From: an uncultured virus (IMG/VR IMGVR_UViG_3300027608_000027)
Taxonomy: Duplodnaviria; Heunggongvirae; Uroviricota; Caudoviricetes
Direction: 5' to 3' (one strand)
Virus record (IMG/VR): IMGVR_UViG_3300027608_000027
DNA: 64,000 nucleotides
Shown here: in pieces, positions 45,424-54,829 of the stretch
Layout: each line of letters begins with the position of its first letter
Numbering within the stretch: the first letter of the stretch is position 1
Made by a program: the position numbers and the translations under genes
Notes under the pieces: model-generated
Seen by the model: the letters and a program-made list of their open reading frames with translations, nothing else
Databases searched by the model: none
Told to the model about the DNA's origin: nothing

Positions 45424-46341
45424 ATGTATATTTCAATACACGGTGACCAAAAGAACATACAACCTGTTCGTCAAGAAATCGAAAAAATTAAAAGTGCGTG
45501 GGCAGATAATACACAACAGTATGAATCTTACATGCCGGACCTAACTAGTGATGATGCAATGGATTCTATGCGTAGACATTTTGAACCTGCTGTTTGTCAC
45601 GATATTATGTTTGATGCAGACGAATTATCTTGGATGTACGCATTTGCATTTGCTGGATGCCATAATGTAAGGCATAATGCAAACGGCACTATTTTTGCCA
45701 GCGGTAATTTAGATATTGTTGCTACTAAATTTTTAGATAAGTTAGAACAAATTGTCCCGGGTTGTAGTAAAAGCCCAGCAGTTGGCGGGAATTTTTTAAT
45801 TACACCTAGCCAATATGGGTTACATAATGATAGTACCCGCAGAACTGATTGGGAAAATAGTTTAAGAAAAATTCCTGAGAATCATGAACAACGAAAATTT
45901 ACGCCATGGAGAAATGTTCTTATTCCTATGTGGATAGGTAACAGCCCAGATACAGTAAGTCACGGTGTATTTTTTCATCAGAGACATTGTGATTTTGCAC
46001 ATGTTTATAATCATGCTAGTAGTGCGCCTCCTCCTGCAACTACATATCCTATTTGCAGTGATCATACGACAGTTGATTTTTACAACAATGATGGTAGTTT
46101 AATCCCGAGAGAATTAAACTCAGTACAGTATGATGAAGCACACTATAAGCAATATCTTAGTTATACTCCTAGAGCTAGACTAACAGGATTAACACCAGAA
46201 TTAACAGGTGAATGGCGCCCCGGTGCTCCCTATGTGTTTGATGCAGTTCAGCTACATGCAACTAATAAAGGTACTAATCCCGGACAGCAATGGGCTGTAA
46301 AAATGGGTCTGCTATTAACATTTTTAAAAGAGATAGAATGA
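45424..46341 (+). CDS. 2OG-Fe(II) oxygenase-like protein
   Basis: HxD (LHND) and distal His (FDAVQLHAT); AGGAG RBS. Confidence 0.5.
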   Translation: MYISIHGDQKNIQPVRQEIEKIKSAWADNTQQYESYMPDLTSDDAMDSMRRHFEPAVCHDIMFDADELSWMYAFAFAGCHNVRHNANGTIFASGNLDIVATKFLDKLEQIVPGCSKSPAVGGNFLITPSQYGLHNDSTRRTDWENSLRKIPENHEQRKFTPWRNVLIPMWIGNSPDTVSHGVFFHQRHCDFAHVYNHASSAPPPATTYPICSDHTTVDFYNNDGSLIPRELNSVQYDEAHYKQYLSYTPRARLTGLTPELTGEWRPGAPYVFDAVQLHATNKGTNPGQQWAVKMGLLLTFLKEIE

Positions 46342-47531
46342 AATCAAATACATTTTGTACAGTTCCTTGGAATAGCCTTGCTACTAATGCATCTGGGGTA
46401 TATAGAGTTTGTTGTAACAGTACTCCGGGAAAAAATGTTATTAAAGATACTCAAGGCAACTCTTTAAAAATTTTTAAAAACAAACCTAGTGAAGTTTGGA
46501 ATAGTCCAACATATCAACAGATAAGACAAGAAATGCTTTCTGGTACTAGACCAGAAATGTGTGTTCGGTGTTTTAAAGAAGAAGACACTGGAGTTGAGTC
46601 TGCTAGATTAAACTACAATAAAAGATGGTACGACGAATCTAAAGAGTATGCAGTAGATGCAGTTCTCGATATTGAATATATAGATTTAAGATTAGGTAAT
46701 TTATGCAATTTAAAATGCAGAATGTGTAATCCTTATGCAAGTAATCAATGGATAGAAGAATGGAATTCTGTAGTTGTAAAAGCAGAGCTAGTACCGAATA
46801 CAAAAATAAACATTGAAGAAGAAAATAGACTTAAAAAATTAACGTGGCCAACGGACACTAAAACTTGGGATAGTGTTTCAGAAATTGCAAATACAATTGA
46901 AGAAATCTATCTTACAGGCGGTGAGCCTACACTTGCAATAGAACAATATAAGTTATTTGACATCTTAATTGACAAAGGTTTTGCAAAAAATATTAAATTA
47001 AAATATAATACCAATCTTACAAATATTCCAAAAAAGATGATAGAATATTGGTCTAGTTTTAAACAAGTTCAATTAAATGCATCTATAGATGCGCACGGAG
47101 AGTTAAACAAATATATTCGATATCCGACAGCATGGTCTATGGTTGAAAAGAATATAGATCAATTTTTAAACATGCCGAATGTTGTTGTGCAAATACATTG
47201 TACTATACAGACTTACAATATTTTGCATTTAGATAAACTATTTGAATGGATAGATACTACGTGTAAATTAAAACCCTACTTAAATATATTGAATCACCCA
47301 CGCTCACTAAATATACAAGTACTACCAACAGCACTAAAAGAATTAGCTAAACAACGATTGGAACCTTTTTTAGATTGGCCAAAAGTTAAAGACATGATTA
47401 ATTACATGTTTGCAGAAGATAATACAAAATACCTACAAGAGTTTTTTGATTATACAGCTGAACTTGATAGGCTTAGAGAACAAGACTTTTTTGTGTACGT
47501 ACCTGAGTTAAGACCATATAAAGGAAATTAA
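46338..47531 (+). CDS. Radical SAM protein with N-terminal SPASM/twitch-like domain
   Basis: CTVPW...VCC...CVRC; CNLKCRMC; TGGEP. Start at the ATGA overlap at 46338. Confidence 0.9.
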   Translation: MKSNTFCTVPWNSLATNASGVYRVCCNSTPGKNVIKDTQGNSLKIFKNKPSEVWNSPTYQQIRQEMLSGTRPEMCVRCFKEEDTGVESARLNYNKRWYDESKEYAVDAVLDIEYIDLRLGNLCNLKCRMCNPYASNQWIEEWNSVVVKAELVPNTKINIEEENRLKKLTWPTDTKTWDSVSEIANTIEEIYLTGGEPTLAIEQYKLFDILIDKGFAKNIKLKYNTNLTNIPKKMIEYWSSFKQVQLNASIDAHGELNKYIRYPTAWSMVEKNIDQFLNMPNVVVQIHCTIQTYNILHLDKLFEWIDTTCKLKPYLNILNHPRSLNIQVLPTALKELAKQRLEPFLDWPKVKDMINYMFAEDNTKYLQEFFDYTAELDRLREQDFFVYVPELRPYKGN

Positions 47532-47533
47532 AA

Positions 47534-48646
47534 ATGGAATGGCAACAAATTTTAGAAAGCAGATCAACTACATATGCCTGGGAAGACACTGTACCATCAA
47601 AGCAGTTAATTGATGAAATAATTCAAGAACTGCATGATCATTGTCCTAGTAAGCAGCGTAAAGTTCCTTATTACATTGATGTGATTGACAATACTGATCC
47701 TAATGTAAGACCTAATGCCCATGACATTTTATTAAAAAATAAATCTTTTGCAGTTGAACAAGTAGTTGCATTTGTATCTCAACATGCCCGAACTGCTGAA
47801 GGATTGTATTCTGGATATCAGTATGATTCGGCAAAATGTACTAGAGATGTTGGATATGTAATTGATGGTTATCTTAATGATTTAAGATATGACACTAACG
47901 AACAAACTTTAAAAATAGGTAATAGATACTGGAAGAACGGTGTTTCTAGAGTTAGACAGTTTGCAGAAATTGATGCTCATAATTATCTAAAAGATTTAAT
48001 AGCTAATTATATACTTCCACAAATCGCCGCCCCCACTAATCAAAGTGTTGCATTACAAATAATTGATAATACTAACTCTTCAGAAGAAGGTTCAGTAGAT
48101 CATTTTAATTTGTGTGCAACTGAATTTATTAATATTGTACAAACAGGTCCGTCAACTGCTACTCCTCTTACAGGAGTTCCTAGATTAAGATTTAAAATTT
48201 TTGAAACAGCTGATCGCAAGGCTAAAGGAAAAATGGACGATATTAGGAATCCTCAATTGTTAGCACCGTGGATACTTGCATTCTCTTTTAGATTTTTAGA
48301 TGACGACGGCATCAATCTTAATCACGAAATGAAAAATGCAACTTATAACAAACAAGTAATGCAAAATGAAATTGGTATTGCAAGTATGTTTGCTATGCTC
48401 AGTGCTCATGCTAAGGGATTAGATACTGGATTTTGTGCTTGTATTCAAGACCATCCAGGTATTTCTAAAATGTTAGGCCATGACATTGAAAATGAAGTAA
48501 TAGTTTTTATGGGAATCGGGCATAAAAAACAAGGAGCAACACAGTATTATAGTCCGTTAATACACAAAATGGTAGGCATCCCTAACAAAGATGTTGACAA
48601 CAAACCAGAACTTTCTACATATGTAAGGTACCACTTAGGACTATGA
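47534..48646 (+). CDS. Nitroreductase-family flavoprotein with an inserted helical domain
   Basis: N-terminal ILESRST...CPSKQRKVPY and C-terminal EIGIASMFAMLSAHAKGLDTGFCACI...MGIG are nitroreductase motifs, separated by a ~150-aa insertion. Confidence 0.65.
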   Translation: MEWQQILESRSTTYAWEDTVPSKQLIDEIIQELHDHCPSKQRKVPYYIDVIDNTDPNVRPNAHDILLKNKSFAVEQVVAFVSQHARTAEGLYSGYQYDSAKCTRDVGYVIDGYLNDLRYDTNEQTLKIGNRYWKNGVSRVRQFAEIDAHNYLKDLIANYILPQIAAPTNQSVALQIIDNTNSSEEGSVDHFNLCATEFINIVQTGPSTATPLTGVPRLRFKIFETADRKAKGKMDDIRNPQLLAPWILAFSFRFLDDDGINLNHEMKNATYNKQVMQNEIGIASMFAMLSAHAKGLDTGFCACIQDHPGISKMLGHDIENEVIVFMGIGHKKQGATQYYSPLIHKMVGIPNKDVDNKPELSTYVRYHLGL

Positions 48647-49926
48647 CAAAACATCTTGCTTGCAGTAAAATGTGGACTGACATCAATGTTAATGTCCCAA
48701 CAAAAGAAATAAAAAATTGTTGTAAAAGAGAACCGCAAATGCTTTCTCCTGATGAGATTACATCTTATGGCAGAAACGTATTTGTGAAAAATAGAGAATT
48801 GTTGGAAGATAAAAAATACTTTATAGAAAACAATGATTTTCCTAAAACTTGCAGCCATTGTAAACACTCCCACCCGGCTAGTATTTGGCAAAACTGGAAC
48901 GAATGGAAATATAGAGAATGGTCACCGGTTGCACTTGATAGTTTAATGGATTCTGACTTTACAAGAAACGTTGAAATAATGTTAAGTACAACTTGCAATC
49001 AAACATGCATGTATTGTACAGAACAAGTAAGTAGTGAATGGGCTAAACTTAAAGGTACAATTCCTATAGTAGATACTGCGTGGAAAGATGCTACTTTACA
49101 AGCGTTATATGAGTATATAGAATGTAAATTAACATTTGATTTTACTCCGTTAACTTATAATTTTTTAGGCGGCGAGCCTTTTCTAGAATTAGAAACTTTT
49201 GATATTATGGAAAAGATTATTTCTATCCATGATAAAACATGGGGAAAACATAGTTCTCGATATATTTCTTTTAAGTTTACATCTAATTTAAATGTTAAGA
49301 AGCGAACAATTGAAAAATTTCTTGAATATGTTAAAGCACATCCTAGATATAAATTTTCTGTAGCATTCAGTTTAGATGCATTGGGTACTATAGGTGAAGA
49401 AATAAGAGATGGATTAGATTTTTCAAGATTTGAAGAAAACTTACGACTTTTAATGACAGAACCTAGACTACATAGACTTGATCTATTGCCTACATTAAGC
49501 TGTTTAAATGTACAACATTACCATGAAGTTTTGCAATGGTTTATCGACCTAGCAAAAGAATATAAGCCAGTTTCGGAGTATGGTAATACTTGGCAAATTG
49601 GTACTAATTTAGTTACCTGGCCTTTTGAATTAATGCCAGCATTGTTGCCCACTCATTATTCTACTTACTTAGATAAAGCAGCAGAAGTAATGCGCCAACT
49701 TCCTAATTCTAGTTATAGAGAACAGCAGATAAATTATTTAAACAGAATTAAAGTGCATGTAATAGGCAAGCAGAGAAATAAAATTAAAATAGATGATGCT
49801 ATTAGATGGTTTGAAGAACAAGGCCGCCTAAAAAATAAAAATTACTGGGAAATATTTCCTGATCTTAAAAACATTTTAAATTATGAAAATCTTAATGACC
49901 GGGAACCCACAGACGGGAATAGCTAA
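48643..49926 (+). CDS. Radical SAM protein with N-terminal Cys cluster
   Basis: CSKMW...NCC...CSHC; CNQTCMYC; LGGEP; SLDA. Confidence 0.88.
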   Translation: MTKHLACSKMWTDINVNVPTKEIKNCCKREPQMLSPDEITSYGRNVFVKNRELLEDKKYFIENNDFPKTCSHCKHSHPASIWQNWNEWKYREWSPVALDSLMDSDFTRNVEIMLSTTCNQTCMYCTEQVSSEWAKLKGTIPIVDTAWKDATLQALYEYIECKLTFDFTPLTYNFLGGEPFLELETFDIMEKIISIHDKTWGKHSSRYISFKFTSNLNVKKRTIEKFLEYVKAHPRYKFSVAFSLDALGTIGEEIRDGLDFSRFEENLRLLMTEPRLHRLDLLPTLSCLNVQHYHEVLQWFIDLAKEYKPVSEYGNTWQIGTNLVTWPFELMPALLPTHYSTYLDKAAEVMRQLPNSSYREQQINYLNRIKVHVIGKQRNKIKIDDAIRWFEEQGRLKNKNYWEIFPDLKNILNYENLNDREPTDGNS

Positions 49927-50437
49927 AGAAATACATGCTCTATATCCAGATGCAACATTTGTTAGTAGAATTAATGGATATGATTTAACGTCACAAGAAG
50001 GCCAGCAACGATTATCTAAGCTAGTCCTTGATTATGATGTAATTATAAACAATTCTGCATTATGGAAATTTAATCAAACGGTCTTACTTGATCAAATTTA
50101 TAAATCTTGTATTGACAATAAACATTACCCTCATATTATTTGCGTAGGATCAACAACCGATCGTGTAAAAAAAGGCGGTGCTTGGTTGTACAATGCAGAA
50201 AAAAAAGCTCTTAGAGATTATTGCAACACACTAGGAATAAATGGTGTTTGGGGGACTGCTCCTAAAATAACATTAATAAGTTTTGGAAGTTTATCTAATG
50301 TACAACATAAGCACCCTGACAGAACCTGCATGCCTATTAGTAAAACAGCTGAATATATTAAATGGCTAATTGATCAACCTAAAGATATTTGTATTAACGA
50401 AATAAGTATTGATATAAAACAGGAATTGACTAAATGA
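49883..50437 (+). CDS. Short-chain dehydrogenase/reductase-like protein
   Basis: MKILMTG...GIA Rossmann start, IINNSA, catalytic YxxxK (YNAEK). Confidence 0.7.
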   Translation: MKILMTGNPQTGIAKEIHALYPDATFVSRINGYDLTSQEGQQRLSKLVLDYDVIINNSALWKFNQTVLLDQIYKSCIDNKHYPHIICVGSTTDRVKKGGAWLYNAEKKALRDYCNTLGINGVWGTAPKITLISFGSLSNVQHKHPDRTCMPISKTAEYIKWLIDQPKDICINEISIDIKQELTK

Positions 50438-51189
50438 AAATAGGAATCTATGGAGATAGTTTTGGTGATGATAACTCACAATGGCCACATAGATTTAATG
50501 ATGTAGGCCCAGGCTGGACACAATTGCTAGGAATGACTGGACATAATAGTGTTTCAAATTATGCTGAAGGTGGTGCTTCACTATTTTACAGCTTTAATCA
50601 ATTTAAGGATACTCATGCCGAACACGACAGAATTATCTTTATGATTACAAGCCCTGGTAGACTAACAATAGAAATTGAAGATTTTTCTAATCTAGCACGT
50701 AGTCAAAAACACCATCCTAACTACGATCAAGTAGTAAGATGGAAAAAAGAATTACTTCGATTAAATCCGCATTCTCATGGAATTACTCAATTAACTGCTA
50801 TTGAAAATTATTTTCTATTAGTAAAAAACGATGAGTATGATCAAGACTCTCATTGGTTAATGGTAGATGCTATAAAAAAAATTAGACCCGATACTGTTAT
50901 TATACCTTGTTTCCACAATAGTATACCTAATTTAACACATAAAGCAATGTGTGAAATAGGTCACATGGAACTAGAATATCTATGTAATAATACATATTTA
51001 AAACTATATCATAAAATACATTCTACAAGAGTTGATGCTAGAAAATGTCATATGAGTGAAGAAAACAATTTTATATTCTATCGCAAAATGTTAAAATTTT
51101 TATCTGGAGAACCAGTACATTTAGACATTAATGATTTTGTTAAGCCACCTATGAAATTAGATCACTACTGGAGACCAAAAACACTATGA
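50434..51189 (+). CDS. SGNH/GDSL hydrolase-like protein (paralogue 1)
   Basis: IYGDSF, NYAEGGAS, C-terminal DARKCHMSEENN. Confidence 0.6.
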   Translation: MKIGIYGDSFGDDNSQWPHRFNDVGPGWTQLLGMTGHNSVSNYAEGGASLFYSFNQFKDTHAEHDRIIFMITSPGRLTIEIEDFSNLARSQKHHPNYDQVVRWKKELLRLNPHSHGITQLTAIENYFLLVKNDEYDQDSHWLMVDAIKKIRPDTVIIPCFHNSIPNLTHKAMCEIGHMELEYLCNNTYLKLYHKIHSTRVDARKCHMSEENNFIFYRKMLKFLSGEPVHLDINDFVKPPMKLDHYWRPKTL

Positions 51190-51947
51190 CCACTCTTGCT
51201 ATTTTTGGAGATAGTTTTGCCCATGATACTAGTCCCCAATGGGATATTGAATGGGCAGATATAGGGCATTCGTGGATAGATCATATACGAAATACTACTA
51301 ACTATCAAATAACAAATTTTGCTAGTTCTGCTACAAGCACATATTGGTCAAAAAAACTATTTGACCAACATTATAAAAATTTTGATAAGATAATTTTTGT
51401 AGTAACTTTTCCTTGTCGCAGAATCACTTTTGATAAATTACCAGACGGATGTAATGAAATTAATAAGACATTTTATAACTTGTCTTCAGTTTTTTCTATT
51501 ATAGAAGATAAGAAAAAATTTAATAATTATAATTTAATAGAAAAAAACTTTTTAATGGCAGTTAGGGACTACTACCTATACATACAGAATGATCAATTTG
51601 ATCATACTATACATTCATTAATCTTAGATGACATTAAAGAAAAAAGACCAGATAGTGTGTTAATTCCTGCATTTCCTAGTTCTATTCCTAGTCTAGATAC
51701 GGCAGGGTCTTCGACATTATTAGATATCTCACAAAAAGACACATTATATTTTGGATTAGGAGAAAATATGCCAAACTCTCCTGAATTACACGATGCTAGA
51801 AAATGCCATATGAATGAAGAGAATCACAAAATACTAGCAGATCAAATATTAAAATTTTTGCAAGGTGACTCAGTTTACTTAAATAAAAATGATTTTGTAA
51901 ATCCAGTTAGAGATCGCACTCATTATTTTAGAAAAAGACTTTGGTAA
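51186..51947 (+). CDS. SGNH/GDSL hydrolase-like protein (paralogue 2)
   Basis: IFGDSF, NFASSATS, DARKCHMNEENH. Confidence 0.6.
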   Translation: MTTLAIFGDSFAHDTSPQWDIEWADIGHSWIDHIRNTTNYQITNFASSATSTYWSKKLFDQHYKNFDKIIFVVTFPCRRITFDKLPDGCNEINKTFYNLSSVFSIIEDKKKFNNYNLIEKNFLMAVRDYYLYIQNDQFDHTIHSLILDDIKEKRPDSVLIPAFPSSIPSLDTAGSSTLLDISQKDTLYFGLGENMPNSPELHDARKCHMNEENHKILADQILKFLQGDSVYLNKNDFVNPVRDRTHYFRKRLW

Positions 51948-51970
51948 TATTATTTTAGAAAATTTTAATT

Positions 51971-52669
51971 ATGAAAATAGCAATATTTGGTGATAGCTTT
52001 GGAGACGATCATATAAACTGGAAAGATAAAAATAGATGGTTAGATGTTGGGCCTAGCTGGATTGATTACTTACGACAATTTCACAATGTGGATAACTTTT
52101 GTGGAGGCGGAGCTAGTTTATATTTTTCTAAAAGAATATTTGATAAAACAGATCTGTCTAAGTATGATAAAGTAATTTTTTTAATAACTAATTCTTGCAG
52201 AAGATTTGCTCATATGCCAGGCGATCATGAAGAATTTGGTAGTAATTGGAATCCTTCGAATACTCAATATATGTTAGAAAAACAAAAACATTCTCCGGAA
52301 AAATTAGCACATTTAACTGCAATGGATATGTTTTTTAAGTATACTTATAACGAATCTGATGAACATTTTCATCAACTAATGATAGATGATATTAAACGTA
52401 AATGTCCTATTGGATTTATAATTGAGGTAGCCTATGGCTCTGTAATAGGCGGTGTTAGTGAATTAGAACTTGAATATTTTAACAAACAACAATTTCATGA
52501 AATAGAGGGATTCCAAGATGCTAGAAAATGCCATATGAGCGAAGAAAACAATTTAATTTTAGGAAAACATATGCATCATTGTATTATAAATGACATATAT
52601 CCCACACTTGATAAAAGTATGTTTATTAATCCCACTCAACCATTTGAGTATTATTTTAGAAAAAGTTAA
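51971..52669 (+). CDS. SGNH/GDSL hydrolase-like protein (paralogue 3)
   Basis: IFGDSF, NFCGGGAS, DARKCHMSEENN. Confidence 0.6.
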   Translation: MKIAIFGDSFGDDHINWKDKNRWLDVGPSWIDYLRQFHNVDNFCGGGASLYFSKRIFDKTDLSKYDKVIFLITNSCRRFAHMPGDHEEFGSNWNPSNTQYMLEKQKHSPEKLAHLTAMDMFFKYTYNESDEHFHQLMIDDIKRKCPIGFIIEVAYGSVIGGVSELELEYFNKQQFHEIEGFQDARKCHMSEENNLILGKHMHHCIINDIYPTLDKSMFINPTQPFEYYFRKS

Positions 52670-52671
52670 TT

Positions 52672-53841
52672 ATGAATGACCTAAGTTGGAGTGCCTATGA
52701 CTTCACACAAATTCCCTACAATGATATTGTTCGTGTTGGACAGCGTACAATGTTGTACAAAGACCTATTTACAGTTAGTTGGTTGTTGGGCAGATACTGC
52801 AATTACCGTTGTAGCTACTGTTGGCCATATGCACGAAGCGACAGCAAGGACCATAGACCAACTGAACTGTGTTTAAAGACAATAGACGAAATCAAACGAC
52901 AAGCTAGAGAACGTAATTTTAATAGTTTCCATTTTAGTCTTAGTGGAGGAGAGCCTACTTTCCATCCTGGTTACATTGACATCCTTAATTACCTAAACGA
53001 TGATGTAGATAACACAAACTATACTAGTGTGCATATGACTAGCAATATGAGTCGACCACTTAAATGGTTTGAAGAGAAGTATTGCCCTGCCGTTAGCAAG
53101 TTTCATCGTGCTAGTATTACAGCAAGTCTACATACTGAACATGTAGACACACCCGAAAAGATGCAAGAGTTTGCAAATAAATTAATTTTATGTCAACAGC
53201 ATGATGTGCAGATAACCATTAACATGGTTATGGTTCCCAAATGGTTTGAACGTGATTTTGATAACGCATTGTTCTTTCACAATCAAGGTATCAACGTTAC
53301 ACTAAAGCCGCAGAGTGATCCTACTGCCAGTCGTGTTGTAGATGGATATACTGACGAAATGTTAAAGCGTCTGCACAACGGAATGCCACAACGAGCATTT
53401 ACTGAGACAAAATCCGCACTCGCCAAACTGGTAAAACGACCTGAACCTAAGTTTTTTAAAACTCCTGATCCTATATACCAAGAAGCACAGAGTAAAGTAC
53501 CACAACACTTTCAAGTAGAGTTTAGAGACAGTGAACACAAAATTTGGTATATAGATCAAGCAGAACGTTTTAATGCTTTTAATTTTAACAAATTTAAAGA
53601 TTGGGAATGTTCAAGTGGTTATAGAGGAATTATTATTCGTGAACCCGACGGCAGCATTAAACGTAGCTACAGTTGTGGAGATGCTCCTCTAGGAAACATT
53701 GAGACAGGATTTAAACTATTTGATGGTCCTAAACCCTGTATCAGCGAAAGCTGTGTTAGTAGTGCCGACAGTAAAATACCCAAGAGAGCGCCCGGAACAA
53801 AGTTACCTCTGTGGCCGGGCGATACAACTTTTGAAAATTAA
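52672..53841 (+). CDS. Radical SAM protein with C-terminal SPASM/twitch-like Cys cluster
   Basis: CNYRCSYC; SGGEP; C-terminal WECSSG...SC...PCISESC. Confidence 0.9.
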   Translation: MNDLSWSAYDFTQIPYNDIVRVGQRTMLYKDLFTVSWLLGRYCNYRCSYCWPYARSDSKDHRPTELCLKTIDEIKRQARERNFNSFHFSLSGGEPTFHPGYIDILNYLNDDVDNTNYTSVHMTSNMSRPLKWFEEKYCPAVSKFHRASITASLHTEHVDTPEKMQEFANKLILCQQHDVQITINMVMVPKWFERDFDNALFFHNQGINVTLKPQSDPTASRVVDGYTDEMLKRLHNGMPQRAFTETKSALAKLVKRPEPKFFKTPDPIYQEAQSKVPQHFQVEFRDSEHKIWYIDQAERFNAFNFNKFKDWECSSGYRGIIIREPDGSIKRSYSCGDAPLGNIETGFKLFDGPKPCISESCVSSADSKIPKRAPGTKLPLWPGDTTFEN

Positions 53842-54512
53842 CGATCTAACGGAAAAATTTCTGCAATAATTTTAGCACAAGCTAACGCAATTTCCATATG
53901 TTCTTTTTGTGTACCGTTTTCTTTACGTAGATCAATATAGTGTATCCAACTACGTAATGTACCATTCATATACATACGACTAATTGTAAGACCTTCTGGA
54001 AGAACAGCACGAGCCTGTTCTTTGGCAATACCATTCTTAATAGCCCAAGAATACTCTTGTTTAACTGAAAATAACACCCGCCGTTGTGCCCTTTCCCATT
54101 CAACAGCTAATAGTTTTTGTTTTTCATCATTCATGTCCAACTCAACACTATTTTGCCTATTCTTTGTATCTTGAAATCTTGCTTCGCGTAATACAAACGC
54201 TTCATCTAACTCTGCTGTAGGATCAGCGTAGCGTTGGCTAAACTCTTGGAAGCTAAAACTACGATGACGTAAAATTTGTCGAGCAATGTCGCGTGTAGTT
54301 TTAATTTCAATACAGGCACTGACCATTTCAAGTGGCGACCAGTGTTGATGCTTAATCAAATACTTAATTAGTTTTTCACTAGTTTCTGTATTAAATTGAT
54401 TAGCAGGATTACTAACTCTAGCACAGTATGCAACAAGGTCTAGTGCATCTGTAATATTCTGTTGGCGGAACTCATCTGTTGGTTGTGAGTATGATACAAG
54501 TTTAACTTTCAT
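53838..54512 (-). CDS. thyX: Flavin-dependent thymidylate synthase
   Basis: ThyX signature RHRSFSFQEFSQRY; HWSPLE; EQARAVLP; TQKEH. Confidence 0.95.
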   Translation of the reverse strand: MKVKLVSYSQPTDEFRQQNITDALDLVAYCARVSNPANQFNTETSEKLIKYLIKHQHWSPLEMVSACIEIKTTRDIARQILRHRSFSFQEFSQRYADPTAELDEAFVLREARFQDTKNRQNSVELDMNDEKQKLLAVEWERAQRRVLFSVKQEYSWAIKNGIAKEQARAVLPEGLTISRMYMNGTLRSWIHYIDLRKENGTQKEHMEIALACAKIIAEIFPLDR

Positions 54513-54829
54513 CTAAGCTGTCTTTTCTTTAAAAATCTGTTTGTATGTTTAATCATGTCTTTTTTAACTCTTTCTGTATCTAATTTAAAATCGACATTGT
54601 CTATTTCGCTTTCGTATGAGGAAAGCATATCTTTGAGACTTGTTTCAAACGAGTCCCAATCACTTTGTGCCTGCTTTGCTCTCATATTAATTTCCCACAC
54701 TTTACCATTCTTGAATTTAATCGTAATGGAATCTAAGTATTTTAGTGGAACTACGTTTAGTGTAATTTCGCCAAATACTTCAGGCCAGTGTTCTACTACA
54801 TCGGTGGGAAACTTCTTTCCCTTGTTCAC
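54509..54829 (-). CDS. Hypothetical protein
   Basis: 106-aa ORF coupled to its neighbours. Confidence 0.7.
   Translation of the reverse strand: MNKGKKFPTDVVEHWPEVFGEITLNVVPLKYLDSITIKFKNGKVWEINMRAKQAQSDWDSFETSLKDMLSSYESEIDNVDFKLDTERVKKDMIKHTNRFLKKRQLR

Noticed and set aside
51034..52554. Nucleotide-level repeat GATGCTAGAAAATGYCATATGA in three genes as a recombination or regulatory element
   Set aside because: Adequately explained by an invariant protein motif encoded with the AT-rich preferred codons.
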